From the NCBI RefSeq assembly GCF_040797425.1, contig NZ_JBFNEH010000002.1:3341-67340 (forward strand): 64,000 nt of DNA, read 5' to 3'. Positions within the stretch are counted from its first letter, which is position 1. Each line of letters opens with the position of its first letter. The position numbers and the translations under genes are program-made. The DNA is from Symbiobacterium sp. Its GTDB lineage: Bacteria > Bacillota > Sulfobacillia > Symbiobacteriales > Symbiobacteriaceae. The notes under the pieces are model-generated. The model had not been told where the DNA came from. It saw only the letters and a program-made list of their open reading frames with translations, and searched no databases. Of this stretch, positions 47,427 through 58,153 are shown one piece after another.

Positions 47427-49700
47427 TTACGATGGGGACGAAGGAGGCACCAGGCGTAACTCGACGCCGCCGCTCCCCGTCGCGATCGGCGCCAGTTCAC
47501 CCCGCAGCCACGGCGCCACGTGGTCTGCGCCCGCCGGGTCCAGGGGGTGGCTGCCCGCACCGGGAGCCAGGATGGCGGCGGAGTCGCCCGGGGGGCCGAG
47601 GTCGTCGAGGCGCCGGTAGGTGGTGGCGGTGTGGACCCCGTTCACCCCGGCCGGGTCCGGGCCGCTGCGGTTCACGGTTGCGGGGCCGCCGCCCAGCGGA
47701 TAAGGGCCCTGGTCGACCAGGGGAGCCAGCGCCGGCAGCGCCTGGCTGAGGCTGTGGCGGAAGCGTACCCGGTGCTCGCGGCCCCAGGCCCACGCCTCGG
47801 GCCGGTGCCCCTGCCGGGCCGCCAGATAGGCCACCGCCCGCCGGAAGGCCCGCAGGGCCACGCGCGGCAGCCCCAGGTCGCCCTCCAGCGTGAGCCACGG
47901 GTTCTCCTCACCCGACAGGGTCCGAAGGAGCAGCCGGTCTGCCGCCTCCAGGCCGCCCCGCGCCGCGACGAACCGGTTGAACAGGGTGAGGCCCATGCGG
48001 GGACGGAAGGCGTCTTCCACCAGGTTGAAGTACCACTGCTCCCACAGGCAGGCCGCCCCCGACCCGGCCGGCTCGTCCTGCTGCCAGTCCGAGAGCAGGA
48101 GAAGTGCCTGCTTTTCCAGCTTGGAGAGGCTCTCGTTGTGCGGGCCCTGGCGCAGGCCCTCCTGCATGGCCTGAAGCAAGGGCTGCAGCAGCAGCCGGGC
48201 CTGCAGGCTCACCTCGTCCGCGGCGAGCGGCGCCATCCGCTCCAGGTTCCAGTCGGCCCGGGCCTCCAGGACCTCCCGGATGCGGCGGGCGGCGTACCGG
48301 GAAGGGCATGCCACGGCGACGCCGCCGGGCGGGTTCACCTCTTCCTGCAGGACGGGGCCGGTCTCCAGCCGGGCGACGGTGCCGTCGGTCCCGGCGTAAA
48401 CGGCGGCGAGCCCCGGGGCGGTCCACCCGGACAGGGCGGCCCGGAAGTCGGCGTACCCGTGCGCCTGGCAGAGGCTCACCAGGACGGCCGCCTCCGCCGC
48501 GGGCCGGAGCACGGGGCAGCGCAGCACGAGCCGGCCGGCCGGACCTTCGGCCAGGACGGGGCCCGTCTCGGTCTCCGCCACGGTGTGGGCGACCGGCTCC
48601 GCCCGGCCCCGCACCCGGATGGGCGCATCAAACTGCTGCGGCGCCGGCCCGTCCGGGGGTTCGGTGACCAGGTCTGCCCCCTCGGTGCCCGACGGGGCGA
48701 GGCCCCAGGCGAACTGGGATGAGCGGCCCGCCATGAGCCCCGGCAGGCCGGCGAGGGCCACGCCCTCCAGGCGGGCCCCGCCCGGGCCGGAGAGCACGAC
48801 CGGGTGGAGCGGCGAGGGGGCCACAGGCGCCGTCTCCAGGATGCAGCCGGAAAGGGGGAAGCCCGCTGCCGCGCGGTCAGGGCCGACCGCCCAGGCGGCG
48901 CCGCCGGCGACGGTCTGAGGCGAGCAGGCGGCTACGTCGCACAGGTCGGCCAGTGTCGGAAACGGCGCGAGGTCCGGTCCAGCGTCGCCCCAGAGCGCTG
49001 CAGCCGCCTCGGGCCCGGCCACCTGGGCAACCTGGGCCCGCACGAGTGCGCCGGAGAGCGGCGAGGTGAACTCGAGTGTCAGCAGCTTGCCCACGGCCAG
49101 CGAGTCTTCCGCCCGCCAGGGCTCGGGCCGCAGCCGCGCCACGGCGAACTCCGGGGGCAGGCGGCCCTCCGCGATGAAGGCATTCACGCCGGCGGCGTAG
49201 GCTTCCAGGCAGGCGCGGACATCGGGCGGGCAGGCGGCGAGGGCCTGCCCGGCCAGCCGCTGGAGGCCCAAGGTGCGCATGAGGCGGTCGCGGGCCAAGG
49301 ACGGCTCGCCGTGGACCTCGGCGAGGCGGCCGGCAGCCGTGCGCCGCGCCATCTCCATCTGCCAGAGCCGGTCCCTGGCGGCGATGTACCCCTGGGCCAG
49401 GAAGAGGTCGTGCCAGTTCTGGGCGGTGATGTGAGGCGTGCCGTGCCGATCGCGTCGGATCACCACCGGTGCGCGCAGGCCGGCAACGGTCACCGCCCCC
49501 TGCTGCCGCGGGCGGTGGCGCTGCAGGAAAAGCAGGGCCGTGGCGGCGGCCGCCCCCACTACCAACGCGAGGACGGCCGGGGCCGCAGTGCGGGTCGCCA
49601 GCGCCAGGGTCACGAGCGCAACCAGGAGGGCGCCGGCGTAAGCAAACAGACGGAGCAAGGGTTCACCCCCGCAAGCATCAGATCGCAAAAGGCTGCACAA
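47427..49700 (-). CDS. Penicillin-acylase family paralogue lacking the Ser nucleophile (probable pseudo-enzyme)
   Basis: HGTPHITAQNWHDLFLAQGYIAARDRLWQME aligns with paralogue 1. The position equivalent to GSNNW reads GGAAW, and ANDPHL reads GCILET. Confidence 0.8.
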   Translation of the reverse strand: MCSLLRSDACGGEPLLRLFAYAGALLVALVTLALATRTAAPAVLALVVGAAAATALLFLQRHRPRQQGAVTVAGLRAPVVIRRDRHGTPHITAQNWHDLFLAQGYIAARDRLWQMEMARRTAAGRLAEVHGEPSLARDRLMRTLGLQRLAGQALAACPPDVRACLEAYAAGVNAFIAEGRLPPEFAVARLRPEPWRAEDSLAVGKLLTLEFTSPLSGALVRAQVAQVAGPEAAAALWGDAGPDLAPFPTLADLCDVAACSPQTVAGGAAWAVGPDRAAAGFPLSGCILETAPVAPSPLHPVVLSGPGGARLEGVALAGLPGLMAGRSSQFAWGLAPSGTEGADLVTEPPDGPAPQQFDAPIRVRGRAEPVAHTVAETETGPVLAEGPAGRLVLRCPVLRPAAEAAVLVSLCQAHGYADFRAALSGWTAPGLAAVYAGTDGTVARLETGPVLQEEVNPPGGVAVACPSRYAARRIREVLEARADWNLERMAPLAADEVSLQARLLLQPLLQAMQEGLRQGPHNESLSKLEKQALLLLSDWQQDEPAGSGAACLWEQWYFNLVEDAFRPRMGLTLFNRFVAARGGLEAADRLLLRTLSGEENPWLTLEGDLGLPRVALRAFRRAVAYLAARQGHRPEAWAWGREHRVRFRHSLSQALPALAPLVDQGPYPLGGGPATVNRSGPDPAGVNGVHTATTYRRLDDLGPPGDSAAILAPGAGSHPLDPAGADHVAPWLRGELAPIATGSGGVELRLVPPSSPS

Positions 49701-49739
49701 GGGGTTTGATGATCAGGGGGCATTCTCCTGCTGGGGTCG

Positions 49740-49769
49740 TTGCAACCCTCAAATCGCGCGTGTTATAAT
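49740..49769 (+). promoter_or_regulatory. Candidate sigma-A promoter for rpmE (extended -10)
   Basis: TTGCAA-18 nt-TATAAT, with TGT immediately upstream of the -10 element. Confidence 0.55.
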
Positions 49770-49886
49770 ACGTCGGTACGACTCCGTCTTCGTAGACCGG
49801 CGCCCTGAAAGCAGCTGCAACTGCTCCACCGGGTGCACCGGTAACGGCGTCGGGTTCGAAGCCATAGTAAAGGAGTTTGGGAGAGC

Positions 49887-50087
49887 ATGAAGCCAGGAAT
49901 CCATCCGAAGACCGAAAAGGCGACCATCACCTGCGGCTGCGGCGCCACGTATGAACTGCTCTCCACCAAGAAGAACATCCGGGTGGAGATCTGCGCCAAC
50001 TGCCATCCGTTCTACACCGGCACGCGGCAGCAGCGCGTGGAGGCTGGCTCCCGTATCGACCGGTTCAGGAAGAAGTACGGCCGGTAG
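49887..50087 (+). CDS. rpmE: 50S ribosomal protein L31 (zinc-binding type)
   Basis: MKPGIHPK ... CGCG ... [10 protein letters not shown]. 66 aa, AAAGGAG RBS. Confidence 0.95.
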   Translation: MKPGIHPKTEKATITCGCGATYELLSTKKNIRVEICANCHPFYTGTRQQRVEAGSRIDRFRKKYGR

Positions 50088-50106
50088 TCCGCAGATGGGG
50101 AGAAGC

Positions 50107-50137
50107 AAAGCAGAGCCAGCGCGCTCTGCTTTCTTCG
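50107..50137 (+). terminator. Terminator after rpmE
   Basis: AAAGCAGAGC-cagcgc-GCTCTGCTTT followed by CTTCG. Confidence 0.55.
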
Positions 50138-50162
50138 TCAGATTGAGAGGGGGGAGCCCGCA

Positions 50163-51035
50163 GTGAGCGTCCAGCGTGGGGTGTACGGCGGACAGGCCGT
50201 GATCGAGGGGGTCATGATGCGCGGGCCGAAGTGGATGGCGATCGCCGTCCGTCGTCCCGACGGGGATATCGCCATCCACCGGGAGGAAGTCCAGTCCCTG
50301 ACGCAGCGCTACCCGTTGCTGCGGCTGCCGCTCCTGCGGGGCGTGGTGGCCATGTGGGAGGCCCTCTCCCTCGGCATCAGCGCGCTGATGTTCTCGGCCA
50401 ACCAGGCCATGCCCGACGACGAGCAGCTGAGCAAGGGCGAGATGACCCTGACGACCGCCGTGGGCATCGTGGTGGCCATCGCCCTGTTCGTCGTCGCACC
50501 CACGCTGCTCACCACCTACGTGAAGGCGCTCTCTGCCAGTGCGCTGCTCACCCACGTGGTCGAGGGGGGCATCCGGCTCGCGCTGTTCATCGGCTACCTG
50601 GTGGGGATCTCGCTCATGAAGGAGATCCAGCGGGTGTTCCAGTACCACGGGGCCGAGCACAAGGTGATCAACGCCTATGAGGCGGGCGAGGAGCTGACCG
50701 TGGAGAACGTGAGGCGCTACTCCCGGGAGCACAAGCGCTGCGGCACCAGCTTCCTGCTTTACGTTGTGGTTATTTCCATCCTGATCTTCTCTATCGTCAG
50801 CGTGGAGAACGTGTGGCTGCGTATCGTCGCGCGTATCGGCATGCTGCCGCTGGTGGCCGGCGTGGCCTACGAGTGGATCCGCCTGGCGGGGCGCTCCGAC
50901 AGCCCCCTGGTGAACGCCCTGAGCCGGCCCGGCATGTGGCTGCAGGGGCTCACCACGCGCGAGCCCGACGACAGCCAGCTGGAGGTGGCCATCGCTTCCT
51001 TCGAGACCGCCCGGGGCCACGGCCTGCCGGGTTAG
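50163..51035 (+). CDS. DUF1385-family membrane protein (commonly linked to prfA/prmC)
   Basis: [16 protein letters not shown]-terminus, several hydrophobic helices, [11 protein letters not shown]. Confidence 0.85.
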   Translation: MSVQRGVYGGQAVIEGVMMRGPKWMAIAVRRPDGDIAIHREEVQSLTQRYPLLRLPLLRGVVAMWEALSLGISALMFSANQAMPDDEQLSKGEMTLTTAVGIVVAIALFVVAPTLLTTYVKALSASALLTHVVEGGIRLALFIGYLVGISLMKEIQRVFQYHGAEHKVINAYEAGEELTVENVRRYSREHKRCGTSFLLYVVVISILIFSIVSVENVWLRIVARIGMLPLVAGVAYEWIRLAGRSDSPLVNALSRPGMWLQGLTTREPDDSQLEVAIASFETARGHGLPG

Positions 51036-51112
51036 CGTCGCGCTTCACGGGGCACGGGGACGCCCGCGCCCCTTTTCCATGCCCTGAATTCGCACACGCG
51101 AGGTGAAACCCG

Positions 51113-52195
51113 ATGGATGCCCGCATGAGAGAGAAGCTGGAGGGCGTCGTTGATCGTTATGAAGACCTCACCTACAAGCTGGGCGACCCGGCGGTGATCG
51201 GCAACCCGTCGGAGTACCAGCAGGTGGCGCGCGAGCACAACCGGCTCGGCCCGGTGGTGGAGAAGTTCCGGGAGTACGAAAAGACCGAGCGGGACATCCA
51301 GGACGTGCTCGACCTGCTCGACGGCCACCTGGAGTCTGAGGAGCGCGCCCTCTTCAACCAGGAGCTGAAAGAGTTGAAGGAGCGGCTGGAGAAGCTGCAG
51401 GAGGAGTTGCGCGTCCTGCTCTTGCCCCGCGACCCCAACGACGACAAGAACGTGATCATGGAGATCCGCGCCGGGGCCGGCGGCGACGAGGCCTCGCTGT
51501 TTGCGGCGGAGCTCTTCCGCATGTACACCCGCCTCGCCGAGCGCCACAAGTGGAAGACCGAGGTCATCTCCATCAGTGAGAATGAGGCCGGGGGGATCAA
51601 GGAGGTGCTCTTCCAGATCAACGCTGAGGGCGCCTACTCCCGCCTGAAGTACGAGGGCGGGGTCCACCGGGTGCAGCGGGTGCCGGTCACCGAGTCGCAG
51701 GGGCGCATCCACACCTCCACCGTCACGGTGGCCGTGATGCCGGAGGCGGAGGAAATCGACGTCGAGATCAAGCCGGAGGACCTGAAGATCGAGGTGCAGC
51801 GGGCGGGCGGCGCCGGCGGCCAGCACGTGAACAAAACCGAGTCGGCCGTGCGCATGACCCACCTGCCCACGGGCATCGTGGTCTACTGCGCCGATGAGCG
51901 GTCGCAGATGCAGAACCGGGAGAAGGCCCTGCGGGTGCTGCGGACCCGGGTCTACGACTACTACCGCCAGCAGGCCAAGAGCGCCGAGGAAGAGAAGCGC
52001 CGGGCGCAGGTGGGAACGGGCGAGCGCGCGGAGAAGATTCGCACGTACAACTTCCCGCAGGACCGCGTGACCGACCACCGCATCGGCCTTACGGTGCACA
52101 ACATCGCCGCGATCATGGACGGAGAACTGGACGAGATCATCGACGCGCTGGCCCAGCACGAGCAGGCGTCCCGGCTGCAGGGCGAGGAGGCCTGA
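51113..52195 (+). CDS. prfA: Peptide chain release factor 1
   Basis: PVT tripeptide (RVPVTESQGRIHTS) and GGQ motif (AGGAGGQHVNKTESAVR). Confidence 0.97.
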   Translation: MDARMREKLEGVVDRYEDLTYKLGDPAVIGNPSEYQQVAREHNRLGPVVEKFREYEKTERDIQDVLDLLDGHLESEERALFNQELKELKERLEKLQEELRVLLLPRDPNDDKNVIMEIRAGAGGDEASLFAAELFRMYTRLAERHKWKTEVISISENEAGGIKEVLFQINAEGAYSRLKYEGGVHRVQRVPVTESQGRIHTSTVTVAVMPEAEEIDVEIKPEDLKIEVQRAGGAGGQHVNKTESAVRMTHLPTGIVVYCADERSQMQNREKALRVLRTRVYDYYRQQAKSAEEEKRRAQVGTGERAEKIRTYNFPQDRVTDHRIGLTVHNIAAIMDGELDEIIDALAQHEQASRLQGEEA

Positions 52196-52201
52196 CCAGC
52201 C

Positions 52202-53098
52202 GTGGCGAAGCGGCGTTCCGTCGGCGAGGCGCTGGCCGGGGCCCGGCAGCGCCTCCGGGCGGCCGACGTTGACGGCGCCGACCGGGAGGCCGCCTGGCTC
52301 CTGGCGCACGTGCTCGGCTGCTCCGCGGGGGCGCTGCTGGCCCGGCGGGACGAGCCGCTGCCGCAGGAGGCGGACGAAGCCTACGCGGCGCTGGTGGCGC
52401 GCCGGGAGCGGCGGGAACCCCTGCAGTACATCCTCGGCACCGAGGAGTTCATGGGGCTCACGTTCCGGGTGACCCCGGCGGTGCTCATCCCCCGCCTGGA
52501 CACCGCCGTGCTGGTGGAGCAGGCGGTGGCCCGCCTGGCGGGGCGGGGGCCGGTGCGGGTGGCGGACGTGGGCACGGGCAGCGGGGCGATCGCCGTCGCC
52601 GTGGCCCACCGGCTGCCCGCGGCCCGGGTGGTGGCCGTGGACGTGAGCCCTTCCGCACTGGCCGTGGCCGCCGAGAACGCCCGCCTGAACGGCGTGGCCG
52701 ACCGGGTGGAGCTGCGGCAGGGCGACCTGCTGGAGCCGCTCAGGGCAGATGCGCCGGCTGCGGCCGGGATTGGTGCCGACGACGTCTGGTTCGATGCGAT
52801 CCTGTCCAACCCGCCCTACATCAGTGAGCCGGAACTGGAGGGGCTGATGCCCGAGGTGCGGGACTGGGAGCCGCGCCTTGCCCTCGCAGCCGGACCAGAC
52901 GGCCTGATCTTCTACCGCCGGCTTGCGGCGGAGGCGCCGGCCTTTCTGCGTCCGGGCGGCTTCCTGGGCGTCGAGGTGGGGGCGGGTCAGGCCGGAGCCG
53001 TGGCCGGGCTGTTCCGGGCGGCGGGGTTCGTCGGCATCACCGTCCATGCGGATACCGCCGGCGTTGATCGCGCCGTCTTCGGGAGCGTTGCACCGTAG
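52202..53098 (+). CDS. prmC: Release-factor glutamine N5-methyltransferase
   Basis: SAM-binding VADVGTGSGAI and catalytic NPPY (LSNPPYI). Lies directly after prfA. Confidence 0.9.
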   Translation: MAKRRSVGEALAGARQRLRAADVDGADREAAWLLAHVLGCSAGALLARRDEPLPQEADEAYAALVARRERREPLQYILGTEEFMGLTFRVTPAVLIPRLDTAVLVEQAVARLAGRGPVRVADVGTGSGAIAVAVAHRLPAARVVAVDVSPSALAVAAENARLNGVADRVELRQGDLLEPLRADAPAAAGIGADDVWFDAILSNPPYISEPELEGLMPEVRDWEPRLALAAGPDGLIFYRRLAAEAPAFLRPGGFLGVEVGAGQAGAVAGLFRAAGFVGITVHADTAGVDRAVFGSVAP

Positions 53099-53274
53099 TG
53101 TGCGGCGCTCTTTCGTTGTGCGCGCCTCACCTGCCACACTTTCCCACGAGGGGCGGAAGGGTCGACATCGCATGCTAACTTCGCGACCACGCGCATAGGA
53201 AAGCGGGCAGGAAATGGCGCGTTTGACCCCGAAGTCTAACGAGATTCAAGGCTACCGACTGGGGAGGGTGGAAC

Positions 53275-54339
53275 GTGGAGCGGAAGGTAGCGGGTACGCG
53301 AGTGCTGCAGGTGGATTCGGCCGAACCGGACCCGGCGGCTATCAGCGAGGCCGCTGCGCTCCTGCGCGCGGGCGACGTGGTCGCCTTCCCCACGGAGACC
53401 GTCTATGGGCTGGGCGCCAGCGCGCTGGACGGCCAGGCGGTGCGGCGGATCTACGCCGCCAAGGGCCGGCCTTCGGACAACCCGCTGATTGTACATGTGG
53501 CCGACCGGGCGCAGCTTGCAGACGTGGTGGCCTCGGTGCCGCCCGCGGCCGAGCGGCTGATGGACCTTTACTGGCCCGGCCCGCTGACGCTGGTGATGCC
53601 CAAGGGTCCCAAGGTGGCCCCTGAAGTCACCTGCGGCCTGGACACGGTGGGTGTGCGCATGCCTGACCATCCGGTGGCGCAGGCTCTCATCCGGGCGGCG
53701 GGTGTTCCGATCGCCGCACCCAGCGCCAACCGCTCGGGCCGGCCGAGCCCCACCACGGCCGAGCACGTGGTGGAGGATCTGGCCGACCGCATCCCGCTGG
53801 TGCTCGACGCCGGCGAGACCGGCGTGGGCGTGGAGTCCACCGTGCTGGACGTGACCGTCGACCCGCCGGTGCTCCTGCGGCCGGGCGGCGTGACCCTGGA
53901 GGAGCTCGAGGCGGCGATCGGCCACGTGGAGGTCGCCCCCGCAGTGCTGGGTGCTGACCCGGGCGAGCGCCCGCGCTCGCCGGGCATGAAGTACAAGCAT
54001 TACGCCCCGCGGGCCCCCCTGATTCTGGTGGACGGCCCCGTGATCCAGATGCAGAACAAGATCCGCGACCTCGCCATGGAGTATCTGGAGGAGGGGAAGC
54101 GGGTCGGCATCCTCTGCAGCGCCGAGAGCCGGGGCGTGTACGTGGCGCCGGTGATCCTGGAGTATGGCTCGCGGGCAGACCTGAGCGGTGTGGCCAGCGA
54201 CCTGTTTGCCGCCCTGCGCGCGTTCGACCGGCACGGGGTGGATGTGATTCTGGCCGAGGGCGTGCCGGAGACCGGCATGGGCCTGGCCATCATGAACCGG
54301 CTGCGCCGTGCGGCCGGGGGGCGGGTGATCCGGGTATGA
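53275..54339 (+). CDS. tsaC: L-threonylcarbamoyladenylate synthase (Sua5/YwlC type, with C-terminal Sua5 domain)
   Basis: VVAFPTETVYGLGA, KGRPSDNPLIVHV, SANRSGRPSPT. 354 aa. Confidence 0.9.
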   Translation: MERKVAGTRVLQVDSAEPDPAAISEAAALLRAGDVVAFPTETVYGLGASALDGQAVRRIYAAKGRPSDNPLIVHVADRAQLADVVASVPPAAERLMDLYWPGPLTLVMPKGPKVAPEVTCGLDTVGVRMPDHPVAQALIRAAGVPIAAPSANRSGRPSPTTAEHVVEDLADRIPLVLDAGETGVGVESTVLDVTVDPPVLLRPGGVTLEELEAAIGHVEVAPAVLGADPGERPRSPGMKYKHYAPRAPLILVDGPVIQMQNKIRDLAMEYLEEGKRVGILCSAESRGVYVAPVILEYGSRADLSGVASDLFAALRAFDRHGVDVILAEGVPETGMGLAIMNRLRRAAGGRVIRV

Positions 54340-54824
54340 GGGTGCAGCGGGTGCTGCTGGTCTGTTCCGGCAACACCTGCCGCAGCCCGATGGCGGCGGC
54401 CCTCCTCGCCGAGTTCTGGCGCAAGGCAGACCCCGGCTGGGCGCTCACCGTCGAATCGGCGGGCACCGGGGCCTTCCCGGGGTTGCCCGCCAGCCCCCAT
54501 GCGGTGACCGTGATGCAGGAGCGGGGCATCGACCTCAGCGGCCACCGGTCCCGCCCGGTGCAGAGCCTCGACGGGTATGACCTGGTGCTCACGATGACTC
54601 GCGGCCACCGCGATGCGCTGCGGAACCGCTTCCCGGACGCGGCCGGCCGGATCTTCAGCCTGGGCGAGTACGCCGGGACGGGGGAGGACGTGCCCGACCC
54701 GTTCGGCGGCTCGCTGGAGGCCTATCAGAAGACCGCCGCGGCGCTGGAGCGGCTGCTGCCGGCGGTGGTGGATCGAATTCGCGCGGAAGGGAGTACGCAG
54801 CATGAAAGTAGCAGTGGGATCTGA
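54336..54824 (+). CDS. ywlE: Low-molecular-weight protein phosphatase (YwlE-like arginine/tyrosine phosphatase)
   Basis: CX5R P-loop VLLVCSGNTCRSPMA and DPF general-acid motif. ATGA overlap with tsaC. Confidence 0.85.
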   Translation: MRVQRVLLVCSGNTCRSPMAAALLAEFWRKADPGWALTVESAGTGAFPGLPASPHAVTVMQERGIDLSGHRSRPVQSLDGYDLVLTMTRGHRDALRNRFPDAAGRIFSLGEYAGTGEDVPDPFGGSLEAYQKTAAALERLLPAVVDRIRAEGSTQHESSSGI

Positions 54825-55242
54825 TCATGGCGGTCTCGACCTGAAAGAGACCGTCATTTCCGTGCTCAGGTCTCTGGGTCACGAGGTGGACGACCTGGGG
54901 ACTTACGACAGGAACTCGTGCGACTACCCCGATTACGCGCAGAAGGTGGCGGAGGGCGTGGCCGCCGGGCGCTACGACCGCGGCGTCCTGATCTGCGGCA
55001 CGGGCCTGGGCATGTCCATCGCCGCCAACAAGGTCCCCGGAATTCGGGCGGCCGTCTGCAACGAGATCTACATGGCCCGGATGGCCCGCGCCCACAACGA
55101 CGCCAACGTGCTTTGCCTGGGGGCGCGGGTGGTGGGCCCCGGCGTGGCCGAGGAAATCGTGCGGACCTTTTTCACCGTCGAACATGAGGGCGGCCGTCAC
55201 GCCCGGCGGGTGGAGAAGATCCGCCTCCTGGAGCGCCGGTAG
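54802..55242 (+). CDS. rpiB: Ribose-5-phosphate isomerase B
   Basis: MKVAVGSDHGG, LICGTGLGMSIAANK, HNDANVLCLGARV. ATG follows GGAAGGGAG and overlaps the ywlE 3' end. Confidence 0.9.
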   Translation: MKVAVGSDHGGLDLKETVISVLRSLGHEVDDLGTYDRNSCDYPDYAQKVAEGVAAGRYDRGVLICGTGLGMSIAANKVPGIRAAVCNEIYMARMARAHNDANVLCLGARVVGPGVAEEIVRTFFTVEHEGGRHARRVEKIRLLERR

Positions 55243-55253
55243 GGGGCCCTACC

Positions 55254-56463
<1,210 letters not shown>

Positions 56464-56474
56464 GAGGAATGGCC

Positions 56475-56909
56475 ATGGCACGGCCCGGCTGGGACGAGTA
56501 CTTCATGGAACTGGCGCAGGTGGTGGCGAAGCGTTCGACCTGCAACCGCCGGGCGGTGGGCGCCGTCTTAGTAAGGGACAAGCGGATCCTTACCACCGGC
56601 TACAACGGGTCGCCGCCCGGGCTGCCCCACTGCACAGACGTGGGCTGCCTGATCGTGGACGGACACTGCGTGCGGGCCATCCATGCGGAGCAGAATGCGA
56701 TCATCCAGGCGGCGCTGCACGGCATCGACCTGCGGGGCGCCACCTGCTATGTGACCAGCAGTCCGTGCGTCCACTGCGCCAAGATGCTGATCGCCGCCGG
56801 CATCAAGCGCATCGTGTACCTGGACAGCTACACCGAGCAGATCGGGCTGGAGATGGCCCGGCAGGCCGGCGTGGTGATGGAACGCTTCCAACCTTCCAAC
56901 CCCTGTTGA
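56475..56909 (+). CDS. comEB: dCMP deaminase (ComEB-type)
   Basis: WDEYFM, HAEQNAI, PCVHCAKML zinc ligands. ATG 56475 lies 7 nt after GGAGG; the tracked ORF starts at 56469. Confidence 0.9.
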   Translation: MARPGWDEYFMELAQVVAKRSTCNRRAVGAVLVRDKRILTTGYNGSPPGLPHCTDVGCLIVDGHCVRAIHAEQNAIIQAALHGIDLRGATCYVTSSPCVHCAKMLIAAGIKRIVYLDSYTEQIGLEMARQAGVVMERFQPSNPC

Positions 56910-57007
56910 CCTTTACACGCTGTTCCTTTGCGCTTAGAATAACAAGCGTCCGGTCCCGGCATTATGTAGTCTGGTACGCTGCTGAGCCGGTGTAGGAGTT
57001 GAGCGGA

Positions 57008-58063
57008 ATGTTGATGAAAGCAGGCCTCGCGTTTGGGTTGGCGCTTGTGGGCGCGCTCTTGCTCACGCCCCTGATGCGCCGGCTGGCACTGCGGGCCGGC
57101 ATCGTGGCGCCGGTAGTGGCCAGAAGCGTACACACGGAGCCGAAGCCTTTCCTTGGCGGCCTGGCGATGTACGCCGCGTTCGCCCTTGCGGTCATCGCAG
57201 GCGGGGGACTGAGCGATCCGCAGGTGGTGGGGATCCTGGTCTGCGGCGGCCTGATTACCCTGTTGGGTCTGTGGGACGACCGAAAGCCCATGCGGCCCCG
57301 GACGAAGTTCCTGGGCCAGGTGCTGATCGCCGCACTGCTGGTCTACGTCCCGGTCTGGCAGCTCCAGGTGCACGCCATCTACAGCCCGCTGGGCGACCGG
57401 TGGGTCCACTTCGGACCGCTGGCCGGACCGCTGACGATCATCTGGATCGTGTCTTTCGTGAACGTGATGAATTTCATCGACGGGCTGGACGGGCTGGCGG
57501 CCGGCATCTCCACCATCGCGGCGCTCACGCTGCTGGTGGTTTCGTTCCAGCAGTCCCAGGCGGTGGCCATCCTGCTCTCGGCGGCGCTGGCGGGCGCGGC
57601 CATCGGGTTCCTGCGGTACAACTTCAACCCGGCGAAGATCTTCATGGGCGACGCCGGCTCGATGTTCCTGGGGCTCACGCTCGCCGCCATCTCGGTGGAC
57701 GGCGTGATGAAGAGCGCCCTCGCCGTTTCGGTGCTGGTGCCGGTGCTGGCGCTGGCGGTGCCCATCTTCGACACGGCCTTCGCCATCGTGCGGAGGCTGG
57801 CGGGCGGGCGCCCCATCGGACAGGCCGACAAGGACCACCTGCACCACCGGCTGCTCCGGCTGGGCCTCTCCCACCGCAACACGGTGCTGGTCATGTGGGC
57901 CCTCTCGGCGGCGCTGGGCCTCTCGGCGGTGGCCGTGACGGAGGTCAACTTCGCCGAGGCGATGGTGATCGTGGGCCTGGTGCTGGCGGCGGTGTTTGCA
58001 GGCGCCCGCCGGCTGGGGCTCCTGGCGGTCTCCACGCCCAAGGAAAAGCATTCGGGACGTTGA
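57008..58063 (+). CDS. tagO: Undecaprenyl-phosphate GlcNAc-1-phosphate transferase (MraY/WecA/TagO family)
   Basis: NVMNFIDGLDGLAAG, FMGDAGSMFLG, DKDHLHHRLL, multiple TM helices. ATG 57008 lies 9 nt after AGGAG; an alternative TTG start is at 56999. Confidence 0.85.
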   Translation: MLMKAGLAFGLALVGALLLTPLMRRLALRAGIVAPVVARSVHTEPKPFLGGLAMYAAFALAVIAGGGLSDPQVVGILVCGGLITLLGLWDDRKPMRPRTKFLGQVLIAALLVYVPVWQLQVHAIYSPLGDRWVHFGPLAGPLTIIWIVSFVNVMNFIDGLDGLAAGISTIAALTLLVVSFQQSQAVAILLSAALAGAAIGFLRYNFNPAKIFMGDAGSMFLGLTLAAISVDGVMKSALAVSVLVPVLALAVPIFDTAFAIVRRLAGGRPIGQADKDHLHHRLLRLGLSHRNTVLVMWALSAALGLSAVAVTEVNFAEAMVIVGLVLAAVFAGARRLGLLAVSTPKEKHSGR

Positions 58064-58078
58064 CGATGGGCAGATTGG

Positions 58079-58111
58079 GAGGGTAAGAGGATAACCTCTT
58101 GCCCTCTTTTT
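58079..58111 (+). terminator. Rho-independent terminator after tagO
   Basis: GAGGGTAAGAGG-ataa-CCTCTTGCCCTC followed by TTTTT. Confidence 0.65.
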
Positions 58112-58153
58112 GGGTGCGCGCTCCAATTTTTGATTTTGTGAGGAGGAAAAACC

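Noticed and set aside
49852-49863. GGGTTCGAAGCC upstream of rpmE resembles a tRNA T-loop (GGTTCGAATCC).
   Set aside because: The flanking bases cannot form a T-stem (GTCGG vs GCCAT). No acceptor, D or anticodon arms can be drawn, so this is not a tRNA.
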